DNA of 64,000 bases from Candidatus Anderseniibacteriota bacterium (GTDB lineage Bacteria; Patescibacteriota; Andersenbacteria; UBA10190), in assembly GCA_016197005.1 (NCBI GenBank), contig JACPWO010000001.1, positions 282,544-346,543 on the forward strand. Reading direction: 5' to 3'. Of this stretch, positions 38,493 to 47,871 are shown piece by piece. Under the pieces are notes generated by a model. The model was not told the origin of the DNA and made no database searches. It worked only from the letters and a program-made list of their open reading frames with translations. Numbering within the stretch: the stretch's first letter is position 1; every line of letters starts with the position of its first letter. A program made the translations under genes and the position numbers.

Positions 38493-39069
38493 AGGGTATT
38501 ACTTGGCGAGAAGTTACGGTGCTCTGTAGATTAATGGGAGACAAATTCTGGGCGGCGTCTGTAGCCGATAATATGACGGTAACAAATCCTTGGCTACTCA
38601 AGCTAGCTTCGGGAAAGTTCGTGGGGCCACTATCTCCATTCTCTGCTTGGATAGCGTCAAAGCGAGCGTATTCAATAGCCACATCTTTACTGGTAAGCGC
38701 TGCATACGAGGAAGCCGGGAAATTACTATTGGGACAATTACTACCACTTGAGGGACCTTCCGCTCGTTCTAAGGCGTTATCTCGCCAGCGGATATGCACA
38801 CATACTCCGTTTTGATTACGGAACATAATACTGCGACCACTACTATCAGTTAAAGTGTAGCTTGTTCCATACGCAGTGCGCAGTTCACGATTCATAATTT
38901 CCAGGGCTAATCGCAGCTGTTCCAGGACAAGCTGACGACTGCTATCCCGACGCTGATTGGTAACAAAGCTGGAAAAAATGCCAGCAAAGACAAGGAGAAA
39001 AATAGCGAGCAACCCGGTAGCTACTACCATCTCAATCAGGGTAAAACCTTTTTGTGTATGCTTCTTCAT
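38479..39069 (-). CDS. Type IV minor pilin with a prepilin N-terminal cleavage/methylation motif
   Basis: It reads KG|FTLIEMVVATGLLAIFLLVFAGIF, which is class III signal peptide G-F-T-L-I-E. Confidence 0.7.
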   Translation of the reverse strand: MKKHTQKGFTLIEMVVATGLLAIFLLVFAGIFSSFVTNQRRDSSRQLVLEQLRLALEIMNRELRTAYGTSYTLTDSSGRSIMFRNQNGVCVHIRWRDNALERAEGPSSGSNCPNSNFPASSYAALTSKDVAIEYARFDAIQAENGDSGPTNFPEASLSSQGFVTVILSATDAAQNLSPINLQSTVTSRQVIPYVRR

Positions 39070-39617
39070 ACTGGCATCCAGTTATATAGTCTCTCTTTTA
39101 ACACTACATCTCGTTCCTGTCCTCTTACTTCCCACCTAATTGTTGATGTCACCGTAACGTATGGGATTTCGCTATTCCTTTCATCACAGTTAATCTCCAG
39201 TACTCGGCTATATCCGGAATCATCGCCGTTCCCCGTCCGATGACCCCACTCATGCGTTTGTTTATCAATAAATAAAGCGGCGTCATCCACACTTCCCGGC
39301 CCATCACCAGCCCGAGCAGCAGCCGTATCATAGGTAAACTCCGCACATAGTTCTTCTCCAATCCATTCCGTCTCGTCATCACCTTGAAACCAATTATTAT
39401 CTCGCATCGCGCGTACTAATTCCAACCCCTCACGAGCTATGTTCGAAGCTACAAATTCAGAGGATGCTACTTCGGCTACGCGTTCAGAGCGCGTTAAGAG
39501 CTGACTAGCACTCACCCCAATGATGGAAAGGATAATAGTGGCAACAAGTACCCCAATAAGTGTTAATCCTTGTTGTGAAGATGACTGCATACCATTATTC
39601 AAATTCAGTAATACCAA
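39066..39617 (-). CDS. Type IV minor pilin-like protein
   Basis: A pilin-like N-terminal helix (QQGLTLIGVLVATIILSIIGVSASQL) is followed by a globular domain. Confidence 0.6.
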   Translation of the reverse strand: MVLLNLNNGMQSSSQQGLTLIGVLVATIILSIIGVSASQLLTRSERVAEVASSEFVASNIAREGLELVRAMRDNNWFQGDDETEWIGEELCAEFTYDTAAARAGDGPGSVDDAALFIDKQTHEWGHRTGNGDDSGYSRVLEINCDERNSEIPYVTVTSTIRWEVRGQERDVVLKERLYNWMPV

Positions 39618-40119
39618 ATTGTCTCACCCGCATCGTTCGAGATGCCTTTCCAGATTCAAGCGAAAAACTAACCCCTGTATTGGGCCCAATTACGGTGCCA
39701 TCCGCAAACAAAAATACATTCGGCGGAGTAGCCTCAAATAGTAATTCCAGGTTATTTCCTTTCGGAGCACTAACTGTAGAAACATGATCTCGCCTGACAA
39801 TCACAAAGTCACTTCCAGAAAACCGGCGATTCTCATCGGTGTCAGAAAACTCTACAAATTCTCCTGGCAAAAGCGCGACGCCAACGTTAGAACAGACTCG
39901 CTCTCGTTCCTCACCTACTTTTGCTATGCAATCGTCTTCACGAACCTCATTAAGAGAGCGTTGCTGGGCATCGGCGATCAGTGAACGCAGAACATACACA
40001 TCATTTTGAACTTGCTGACTAGCACGAACTCGTGGAAACGCTGTAACCGTCATGCCTGTTAAGATAGTCATGATTGTTATTGTCACCAGTGTTTCTACCA
40101 GCGTAAATCCGGCGCTCAT
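39595..40119 (-). CDS. Type IV minor pilin with a prepilin motif
   Basis: It begins MSAG|FTLVETLVTITIMTILTGMTVTAF. Confidence 0.7.
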   Translation of the reverse strand: MSAGFTLVETLVTITIMTILTGMTVTAFPRVRASQQVQNDVYVLRSLIADAQQRSLNEVREDDCIAKVGEERERVCSNVGVALLPGEFVEFSDTDENRRFSGSDFVIVRRDHVSTVSAPKGNNLELLFEATPPNVFLFADGTVIGPNTGVSFSLESGKASRTMRVRQFGITEFE

Positions 40120-40128
40120 CTTTCAATG

Positions 40129-40851
40129 TTACCTTACAAGCGGCCAGGGATACAGAAGGAGCTGCACGAGACTCGTTACCGCTGGAAATAACAGTACAAG
40201 AATGGCTGCACCAGCCAGAAATGGCCCAAACGGTATTGCTGTCTTGCGACTGGCTTTGCCTGTGGCAATAAGTAAAAGTCCAACAACTGCGCCAAAGAAA
40301 AAAGCGGCTGATAGAATGGCAACTGTTCCATCCACTCCCGCCATAAGACCGAGTGGCACCATCAGCTTTACGTCTCCCAGGCCAATCCCCTTGCCCCGAG
40401 TAGCCAGCCACAGAATTAGGAGGAATCCTGCCCCGATCGCCGCACCTGGCAAAGATACGGGCCAGCGCAAAAGTGCAGTAACAGTAAGAATAACAATGTA
40501 GGTATCTGGAAGAATGAAGGACTTTAAATCAATAACGAATAAAACAACCAGTAAACACGTCGCAATAAACAGCAAAATGTCAGGATACGTAAGCATGAGC
40601 AGAATACCTACGACCAACTCTACAACTGGATACTGTATAGAAATTGGATGAAAACAAGTACGACAGCGCCCATGAAGAAAAATAAAAGAAAATATCGGAA
40701 TAAGATCACGCGCAGATAGTTGTTGCTTACAGTGCGGACAATAAGAGCGACCACCAAGTGTTTCAGCCTTCAGACTACGTAAAATAACTACATTTAAAAA
40801 ACTGCCGACGGCTGCGCCGAAGACAAATAAAAATGGGTAAATTACGGACAC
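40129..40851 (-). CDS. pilD: Prepilin peptidase (A24 family)
   Basis: It has an N-terminal Cys4 motif (CPHCKQQL...CRTC), is polytopic and carries conserved Asp residues (GLGDVKLM). Confidence 0.85.
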   Translation of the reverse strand: MSVIYPFLFVFGAAVGSFLNVVILRSLKAETLGGRSYCPHCKQQLSARDLIPIFSFIFLHGRCRTCFHPISIQYPVVELVVGILLMLTYPDILLFIATCLLVVLFVIDLKSFILPDTYIVILTVTALLRWPVSLPGAAIGAGFLLILWLATRGKGIGLGDVKLMVPLGLMAGVDGTVAILSAAFFFGAVVGLLLIATGKASRKTAIPFGPFLAGAAILVLLFPAVTSLVQLLLYPWPLVR

Positions 40852-41294
40852 CGGAGCGGACTTTGTCCTTCAGAATATTCCGGACAATGCGCAGATGTCA
40901 GAGTAAGCTGTCCCCGAGCATCGGTGCAAAAGAAAGAACCAGGTCGAGCTCGTGAAGGGGCACTAATACAAAAATCATTTGTCTGACCACTCCGAACAGC
41001 GGTGACATAAGGTGCACCCGCACTATCTCCATACTGATCATCAACTTCTTCCAGTAATATTCCCATTTCAGACTGGATAAGACTGTGCTGATCCCAATTA
41101 AGAAAACTTCCTTTCTGTGAATCAAAAACAATTTCTGCCTGCCAACGCATTTGTCGAACAGAATTTTCAATCGCCGCATCAACCGCGTCTTTTTTCCCTT
41201 GACCAGCGCTCGCTAAAATAAGACCGGCGAGAATTCCAATAATGCCAATAACGATAACGAGTTCTGCTAATCCGAAACCGCTTTGGTAATTCAT
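40842..41294 (-). CDS. pilA: Type IV pilin (major-pilin paralogue)
   Basis: It is trimmed to MNYQSG|FGLAELVIVIGIIGILAGLILA and has a C-terminal disulfide loop (CTDARGQLTLTSAHC). Confidence 0.7.
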   Translation of the reverse strand: MNYQSGFGLAELVIVIGIIGILAGLILASAGQGKKDAVDAAIENSVRQMRWQAEIVFDSQKGSFLNWDQHSLIQSEMGILLEEVDDQYGDSAGAPYVTAVRSGQTNDFCISAPSRARPGSFFCTDARGQLTLTSAHCPEYSEGQSPLRCP

Positions 41295-41358
41295 GCTCAC
41301 ATTATAACACAGCAGCCCCGTATACACGGGGCTGCTGTAAAATACATTCAGTATTTAA

Positions 41359-41829
41359 TTATGGACAGGCCGTAGCCGTACCACAACCCGCTGTGCCTTC
41401 CTCAAACTGTCCAGAGGCATCAACACAGACATGCTGAGCACTATTGCTCTTCAATGTAGAGCTAATACAGAACGCATCAGATGCTGCATTGGTAACAATT
41501 GCGCCACCTGCATCCGTTGTGTCTTCAAGCAAAGCATCAACACTTGAGTCAATTTCTGTTGACGTACAATTTGTCGTGCTGTGAGAAGAACTAAAGCATG
41601 TTTCAACATCTCCAGCTCCTGTTTCTTGGTAAGAAGCGCCATTGCCGTCGTAAACGACTTCAGCAAGAGTGCGCAGCTGACCCAAGTTTGACTTAATACG
41701 GGCATCGTTAGCCTTATCCCGTGCGTTGCCGAGGGCAACGAGAACGAGAGCAGCTAAAATACCAATAATAGCGATTACAACCAAAAGCTCGATGAGGGTA
41801 AAACCTTTTTTGTTATTCATATCCCTCAC
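41359..41829 (-). CDS. pilA: Type IV major pilin
   Basis: It reads KKG|[24 protein letters not shown] and has a C-terminal Cys pair (CVDASGQ...CGTATAC). The true start may be the internal MNNKK at 41820. Confidence 0.8.
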   Translation of the reverse strand: MRDMNNKKGFTLIELLVVIAIIGILAALVLVALGNARDKANDARIKSNLGQLRTLAEVVYDGNGASYQETGAGDVETCFSSSHSTTNCTSTEIDSSVDALLEDTTDAGGAIVTNAASDAFCISSTLKSNSAQHVCVDASGQFEEGTAGCGTATACP

Positions 41830-41888
41830 CTCCCTTCTCTAAAGTAGATAGGATCATACGACTGTTATGCACAGATAATACCATATCC

Positions 41889-43094
41889 CTAAAACACAAG
41901 CACCAGATTGTAAATAGGTAGCAACACTGCTGCTACGACAATACCTACACCAATACCAAGAATGATAATGAGGAGTGGTTCCAGCAGTACGGCAATTGTG
42001 TCTAAGGCTGCTTCTACATCTCGTCGAAAAAAACTACTTGCTTCCTTAAATGACTTATCAAGTGTTCCACCACGTTCGCCTACTTCTACCATAGAGGTAA
42101 GCATCGGTGGGACATACGGTTCATGTCGCCAGACTGAAGAAATCGAAGAACCATCTTTAATGGCAGCAACTGTATCATCAAGTACTCGCTGATACACTCG
42201 ATTACCCACTGCATCGCGAGCGAGGGTAAGTGATTCCAAAACAGGAACATCGCTGGAGAAAAGAGTGTAAAGAACGGACGTAAGTCGCGCCAGATATAAC
42301 TTAGTCAGAAGAGTGCGTACGAGCGGTATCTGTAAAGCAAAATTACTTATAGTGTATCTTCCTTCTGGTGTTCGTAGGTACGAACGTAAAATAAAGACAC
42401 CAGTTACACCCAGTGCTATCAAGATGTACCAATAAGACTGAATAAATGTTGTCACACCAATTAAGATCCGTGTCGGTAGTGGTAACGTCGCTCCGGCTTC
42501 TTCAAAAAGCTCTACCAACTGAGGTAACACGAAAATGAACAGAATAAAGCTCAAGATAATTACGAGTACAACGACAAATACAGGGTATGCGAATGCAGCC
42601 CGAACTTTGCGAACGAATTCATAATCAATTTCTAAGTAATCAGCAACGGATTCGAACGCTTTACTGAGACTGCCGCTCGCTTCTCCTGTTTTCACGACAC
42701 CTAAAATAAATGGAGAAAAAGTCAGATTGTGCTTATTCATAGCTCCAGACAAAGAGCTTCCTGATTCAATATCGTATTTAATGTCAGCTAAGGTACGTCG
42801 GAAAAACGTTTTATGAGTCTGGTTCATGATGATTCCGATAGCTTCAAGTACAGGCAAACCGGATTTAATCATCGAAGATAATTGCCTAAAAAGCAGAATG
42901 AGATCACGGGTACCGATACTTCTACCCCCGATACTACGTTGCCAAAGCGGGACTGATTCTATTGCCGTAACAGATACCGGAACGAGGTGATGACTGCGAA
43001 GTAACTTTGCTGCTGCATCACTACTGGAAGCTCGCAGGCGTCCGCCAACTAATTTTCCGGCCGCGTCCCTCGCTTTATAGGTGAATGAAGGCAT
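41889..43094 (-). CDS. pilC: Type IV pilus platform protein PilC (GspF family)
   Basis: 401 aa with two GspF repeats and three TM segments. It begins YKARDAAGKLV. Confidence 0.9.
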   Translation of the reverse strand: MPSFTYKARDAAGKLVGGRLRASSSDAAAKLLRSHHLVPVSVTAIESVPLWQRSIGGRSIGTRDLILLFRQLSSMIKSGLPVLEAIGIIMNQTHKTFFRRTLADIKYDIESGSSLSGAMNKHNLTFSPFILGVVKTGEASGSLSKAFESVADYLEIDYEFVRKVRAAFAYPVFVVVLVIILSFILFIFVLPQLVELFEEAGATLPLPTRILIGVTTFIQSYWYILIALGVTGVFILRSYLRTPEGRYTISNFALQIPLVRTLLTKLYLARLTSVLYTLFSSDVPVLESLTLARDAVGNRVYQRVLDDTVAAIKDGSSISSVWRHEPYVPPMLTSMVEVGERGGTLDKSFKEASSFFRRDVEAALDTIAVLLEPLLIIILGIGVGIVVAAVLLPIYNLVLVF

Positions 43095-43116
43095 GTTTGG
43101 CTGTTAGTGTATCACA

Positions 43117-44166
43117 TTAGCGCGACAGCGATTTCGTCATCGTAAAGTACGGTCGAGCGTCCTCAAGTTTCACCGCACCAGCATCAACTAAGGCTTGCAG
43201 ACTAGCATCAAGTGTCTGCATACCTACGTCAGAGCTCGTTTGGATAATACCGAGAATCTGATGGAAATTGCCTTCACGAATAGTGTTTCGAACTGCAGTA
43301 GTGGCGATCATGATTTCAATAGCCGGTATTCGTCCCCCTGCTGTCCACGGCAGTAGCCGCTGACTAACAATTCCGGATAGTGAACCAGAAAGTTGTGCTC
43401 GTACTTGCCGCTGCTGATCAGACGGGAAAGAATCGACAATACGTTCAATAGTCTGAGCAGAATCATTGGTATGGAGGGTAGCAAATACGAGGTGTCCTGT
43501 TTCGGCAGAGGTAATAGCCGTTTGCATAGATTCTAAATCTCGAATTTCACCGATCATAATAACGTTTGGATCTTGACGTAGTGTCGAGCGAATAGCAGTA
43601 GCAAATGAACTGGCATCATGTCCTACTTCCCGTTGGTCAACGATGGATTGTTTGTCCTGAAAAATGTATTCGATCGGATCTTCAATCGTAATAATGTGCT
43701 CGCGACGATTTTGGTTAATATAATCAATTAAAGCAGCTAGGGTCGTTGACTTACCGTGACCAGCGGGCCCTACTACTAATACAAACCCTTGTTTGAGTTC
43801 AGCAAAATACAAAATTTGCGGCGGTAAATGAAGATCCTCAACCGTGCGCGTAGAGGCAGGAATAAGACGTAGTGAAGCCGACAGCTGCCCGACATGGTAA
43901 AAGACGTTTACACGAAACCGAGCAACTCCTTTTAATTCATAGGAAAAGTCGGTCTGCCGATTTTCAGCGAGATCACTCTCAGCGTCCTTATTAGCAGCTA
44001 GTAATGTGGCCATTACTTCTTTATTTTCCGCTTCTGTTATTTGCTCACTACCAACTGGCTGAAGTTGTCCGTTTATACGAAAAAATGGCGGGCGTCCGGG
44101 CGTGACGTGAATATCGGAAGCACCAGCTTCCTGCGCTTCTCGCAAAAGATCATCTATAGTACGCAT
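43117..44166 (-). CDS. pilT: Twitching-motility retraction ATPase PilT
   Basis: 349 aa with Walker A (GPAGHGKSTT), the Asp box, Walker B and the His box. Confidence 0.9.
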   Translation of the reverse strand: MRTIDDLLREAQEAGASDIHVTPGRPPFFRINGQLQPVGSEQITEAENKEVMATLLAANKDAESDLAENRQTDFSYELKGVARFRVNVFYHVGQLSASLRLIPASTRTVEDLHLPPQILYFAELKQGFVLVVGPAGHGKSTTLAALIDYINQNRREHIITIEDPIEYIFQDKQSIVDQREVGHDASSFATAIRSTLRQDPNVIMIGEIRDLESMQTAITSAETGHLVFATLHTNDSAQTIERIVDSFPSDQQRQVRAQLSGSLSGIVSQRLLPWTAGGRIPAIEIMIATTAVRNTIREGNFHQILGIIQTSSDVGMQTLDASLQALVDAGAVKLEDARPYFTMTKSLSR

Positions 44167-44191
44167 TATCCCTCCACTAGCGATTAGTATG

Positions 44192-44599
44192 TTAACTTTC
44201 GGCCGAAGCGCCCTTCGTCTGATCGAATACCTTTTGAATCTTTTCTACGACCTCACTAGGAGTGAAGTGAGCTTTAATAATATAGTCGTCAGCACCCAGT
44301 TTTACACCCCGTTCGATATCTGGTTTCTGACCCAAGTTAGTTAAGAGAATAACGGGAGTATCTTTCGTGCGTTTATCAGCACGCAGTGCTTCCAAAATTT
44401 CAAATCCATCCTTCTTCGGAAGGACAACATCAAGTAACACGAGATCAGGCAACGGATCTTCTTGAAGACGATCCCAGGCAGCTTGTCCGTCTTCGCGCAA
44501 CTCTACGGTGTAACCCAGACTCACAAGCTTGGTCTGATACATTCCGGAAATGAAAGAATCATCTTCAACCAAGAGGATAAGTGCTTTTTGCTGAGCCAT
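44192..44599 (-). CDS. Stand-alone CheY-like response regulator receiver
   Basis: 135 aa. It has ILLVEDD, the phospho-acceptor region DLVLLDVVLP and KxY-like ILLTNLGQKPD. There is no output domain. It lies between pilB and pilT. Confidence 0.8.
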   Translation of the reverse strand: MAQQKALILLVEDDSFISGMYQTKLVSLGYTVELREDGQAAWDRLQEDPLPDLVLLDVVLPKKDGFEILEALRADKRTKDTPVILLTNLGQKPDIERGVKLGADDYIIKAHFTPSEVVEKIQKVFDQTKGASAES

Positions 44600-44623
44600 A
44601 TATGTTTAGTTAGGTAATAAGTA

Positions 44624-46384
44624 TTATTCCGTCTCCTCTTCTGCCTCCGCGGTCGCTCGCATCACATCTTCATATAACACCTGTCCAGCGAGAGCTTTCA
44701 GTAGACCATCCTGCCGCATCGTGGCAGCTCCTTCGTCTCGAGCAACACTTTGCAGTGTATCATAATCCGGCTTCTCATTCATGGCCGTCCGGAGCTTTCG
44801 ACTAATAGGAACAACTTCAAATATAGCCATTCGTCCACTCACTCCTGTTTCTTGACACTGCGGGCAACCACCCGACTCAAACAGAACTCGCGGCGCTCGT
44901 TGATTCTCTTCCGTGAAGTACTCATCCGGCAATCCTTTTAATTCTTGAGTAATTTGTTCCTTTAGTGACTCCGATAACATTACTTCCTTGCGACAATGCT
45001 CGCACAGACGACTAACTAAGCGCTGCGCGGCAACCAAGCGTAAGCTCGAAGCTAGTAAAAAGGCATCAATTCCCATATCAACCAAACGTGGGATAGCACC
45101 GATGGCATCGTTTGTATGAATAGTTGAGAGTACTAAGTGTCCGGTCAACGAAGCGTGGACCGCAAGTTCAGCGGTATCTTTATCCCGAATTTCTCCGACC
45201 ATGATGATATCTGGATCTTGGCGTAATAAGCTGCGTAGACCGCTGGCAAACGTCAGACCAATTGCCGGATGAATCTGAGTTTGGTTTATTCCTTCAATTT
45301 CATACTCAACCGGATCTTCCAGTGTCACGATGTTAACGTCAGGCGCATTCAGACTACTTAAAGCGGCAAATAAACTCGTAGATTTTCCAGCACCTGTTGG
45401 ACCGGAAATCAAAATGATGCCGTGCGGAGACTGTAAGTACTGTTGAAATATTTTTTCCATCGGACCACCTAAGCCGAGCGTGGCAAAGGAAGGAGCCTGA
45501 CTCGATTTATCTAAAATACGTAGAGCCGCCTTTTCTCCAAACGTTGTCGGCATCATCGATACCCGAAAATCAAAGGCGCGGCCGTCTACCGTTACAGAGA
45601 AACGCCCGTCTTGTGGCAAGCGCTGCTCATCAATTTTAAGACTCGACAATATCTTAATACGAGAGATAACAGCGGCATGAACTTTCAGGGGCAAAGTAAG
45701 AGTGGTATGGAGTTTCCCATCAATGCGATACCGAATACGTAGGTTTTTTTCTTCTGGTTCGATATGGATATCGCTGGCACTACCTTCAATGGCGTGTCGA
45801 ATAATAACCGCTACTACTTTGGTAACCGGTGCTTCTTCCGTTATTTTCTCAATTTCTTTTGATTCTTTTGCTCCCCCTTCTCCAACTGCTTCAATTTCCT
45901 TTGAAAATTCCGATAATGCCCCACCAATTTCTACTCGGGCGGCTGCTCCCCCACCTAACGCGCGATCAATACCTTCGGCTGAGGCTAAATAGATTTCTGG
46001 TTTAAGACCTTTACGACGAGCGATGAATTTTACCGCTTCCTGGGCCTGAAAATCATCCGGTGACTCCATTGCTACTAGTAAAGACTTTTCCCGAATATTA
46101 AATGGTACAAACCGATAGGTGGTAATTGCTTTTCGAGAAACTTCCGCTAAGGCATCATCATTTACTTTCGTCTTTTGCAGATCAATGTACGGAACACCTA
46201 TTACTTCAGCAATTACTTGGGCGAGTACTTCCGGATATACCAAATTCTCCGCACGAATAACGGCCATGGCCGCTTTATTCTCCTGCTTGGCTCGACTACT
46301 TATGTGCTGTGCCTGCTCAGTTTTAATGAGGCCTCGCTGTACCAGTAACTGCAGCAGTTCACCTTGCTGGCTTTCGGAAAGCAC
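44624..46384 (-). CDS. pilB: Type IV pilus extension ATPase PilB (GspE family)
   Basis: 586 aa with an N-terminal GSPII domain, Walker A (GPTGAGKSTSL) and the tetracysteine motif (CEHC...CPQC). Confidence 0.9.
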   Translation of the reverse strand: MLSESQQGELLQLLVQRGLIKTEQAQHISSRAKQENKAAMAVIRAENLVYPEVLAQVIAEVIGVPYIDLQKTKVNDDALAEVSRKAITTYRFVPFNIREKSLLVAMESPDDFQAQEAVKFIARRKGLKPEIYLASAEGIDRALGGGAAARVEIGGALSEFSKEIEAVGEGGAKESKEIEKITEEAPVTKVVAVIIRHAIEGSASDIHIEPEEKNLRIRYRIDGKLHTTLTLPLKVHAAVISRIKILSSLKIDEQRLPQDGRFSVTVDGRAFDFRVSMMPTTFGEKAALRILDKSSQAPSFATLGLGGPMEKIFQQYLQSPHGIILISGPTGAGKSTSLFAALSSLNAPDVNIVTLEDPVEYEIEGINQTQIHPAIGLTFASGLRSLLRQDPDIIMVGEIRDKDTAELAVHASLTGHLVLSTIHTNDAIGAIPRLVDMGIDAFLLASSLRLVAAQRLVSRLCEHCRKEVMLSESLKEQITQELKGLPDEYFTEENQRAPRVLFESGGCPQCQETGVSGRMAIFEVVPISRKLRTAMNEKPDYDTLQSVARDEGAATMRQDGLLKALAGQVLYEDVMRATAEAEEETE

Positions 46385-46390
46385 AGGCGT

Positions 46391-46675
46391 TTACAAAAAC
46401 GGATTGGCCTTGCCGGTAGTGGCTGGAGGTTTTACCGGAAGTGCTCCCTGCTGAATAAGCGCGGCGTCGAGCTGGTTGTAATCACTACTTTCTAATACCG
46501 AGGTATCGAGACCCGTGCCAAAAGTGGTGGTCGGGGTCGGATTGTCATTTACTACCGGAGTATTTCCATTTGGCAGTAAGAAAATAATTGCTCCACCGGC
46601 AACTAAAACCGCTAAGAGAATTGCTGACAAGAAAATAATTGTTTTTTTAGTATCGGCCATAGTTTTATCCACCAT
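46391..46675 (-). CDS. Hypothetical small membrane protein in the pilus locus
   Basis: A TM helix (IIFLSAILLAVLVAGGAIIFLL) is followed by a Pro/Thr-rich tail. Confidence 0.4.
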   Translation of the reverse strand: MVDKTMADTKKTIIFLSAILLAVLVAGGAIIFLLPNGNTPVVNDNPTPTTTFGTGLDTSVLESSDYNQLDAALIQQGALPVKPPATTGKANPFL

Positions 46676-47252
46676 TTACCATATAAAACGTAATTGTGAT
46701 CCGAGTACTCACCTGATCTGGAGCAGCCTGATCGGTCGTTAGACGAATATAGTTAATATCAGTCAGACGAGGAGAGCGCTCTAAGGCAGATACAAAGGCA
46801 CGGACTCCTTGGTACGGCCCACGAACATCTACATTAAAGGACAGTGGACTTACGTTTTCGGGCAGAGAAACATTTTCACCACGTGAGCGCTGAGCGTTTG
46901 CTTGAGCTTGCGCGGCATCAGATACGTTATCGATAGCAATAATAGTGAGTCCGGCTGTTGTTGCGCGCTGATGAATAATTCGCAGCTCATCTTCAACTTG
47001 CTCCTTCGTTGGTAAGACAACCGCTAAACGAGTTTCATGAGCACGGTTCGCTTCTAAGTCTGCTAAACGACGATCGAGTGACCGTAAAAAGCTTTCCTTT
47101 TCTTCTAAGACTTTTTGTTCATTCTTAAGTTCTTCTTGAACAAATCTAATTCCATCGATTGACGGCTGGATAACCGTAAAAAAGAAAACAGCGGCAATAG
47201 CAACGGCGCCGACGACGGTAAGATATGGAAGTTGTAGAGACGAAGAGGCCAT
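46665..47252 (-). CDS. pilO: Pilus assembly protein PilO-like
   Basis: It has an N-terminal TM helix, a coiled coil and a C-terminal domain, and follows pilN. Confidence 0.7.
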   Translation of the reverse strand: MASSSLQLPYLTVVGAVAIAAVFFFTVIQPSIDGIRFVQEELKNEQKVLEEKESFLRSLDRRLADLEANRAHETRLAVVLPTKEQVEDELRIIHQRATTAGLTIIAIDNVSDAAQAQANAQRSRGENVSLPENVSPLSFNVDVRGPYQGVRAFVSALERSPRLTDINYIRLTTDQAAPDQVSTRITITFYMVNGG

Positions 47253-47257
47253 ACGAT

Positions 47258-47833
47258 TTAAGGAGTAATAAGATTACGATCAAATGTGAGTTCTGCTTCG
47301 AAGACGTAATCAACTAATGCTGGCTCCCCTTCTCCGGCTGGTGTTTCAACTCGTGTCACTTGGGTAAGTTGTCCCACATCGAATGGGGAGCTTTCCGTTT
47401 CAAGACTAGCCAGTGCTTGACTGAGTTGGTCGACATCGGGCGTACGTCCAGTTAAGAAGAGTTCGCCAGTTTCTCCCTTAGCTTCGAGATTGGTAAGACG
47501 AACTGGTGCTGGGAGTAATCGTTCAATTCCTTGGAATAGTGGTTCCCACACCACATGCTCCTGCATTAATTGAGATAATGAAGAGAGTTGTTTTTCAAAC
47601 GCTTCCACTCGCTGTGCTTCGTCATTAAGACGGGCGAGTTCTGATTGAACGGTGCTTAGTTGGTCACGAGTATCCGAAAGTTCTCCTTCAACTTGCTTAC
47701 GATACAACAACATACCAACCCAGATGAGAGCGAGGATAACAAAAATAACAAGCGCCAACCAAAAGAGACGTTGCCGTCGGTGGCGAGCAGCGATTGCGTA
47801 TTGCGTACCCGGCGCTAAATTAACGCTCGGCAT
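47258..47833 (-). CDS. pilN: Pilus assembly protein PilN-like
   Basis: It has the conserved N-terminal cytoplasmic motif that binds PilM (SVNLAPG...RRQR), then a TM helix and a coiled coil. Confidence 0.7.
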   Translation of the reverse strand: MPSVNLAPGTQYAIAARHRRQRLFWLALVIFVILALIWVGMLLYRKQVEGELSDTRDQLSTVQSELARLNDEAQRVEAFEKQLSSLSQLMQEHVVWEPLFQGIERLLPAPVRLTNLEAKGETGELFLTGRTPDVDQLSQALASLETESSPFDVGQLTQVTRVETPAGEGEPALVDYVFEAELTFDRNLITP

Positions 47834-47871
47834 AGCCCTCCATAAAAGATCGATTCATTATAGCCACCATA

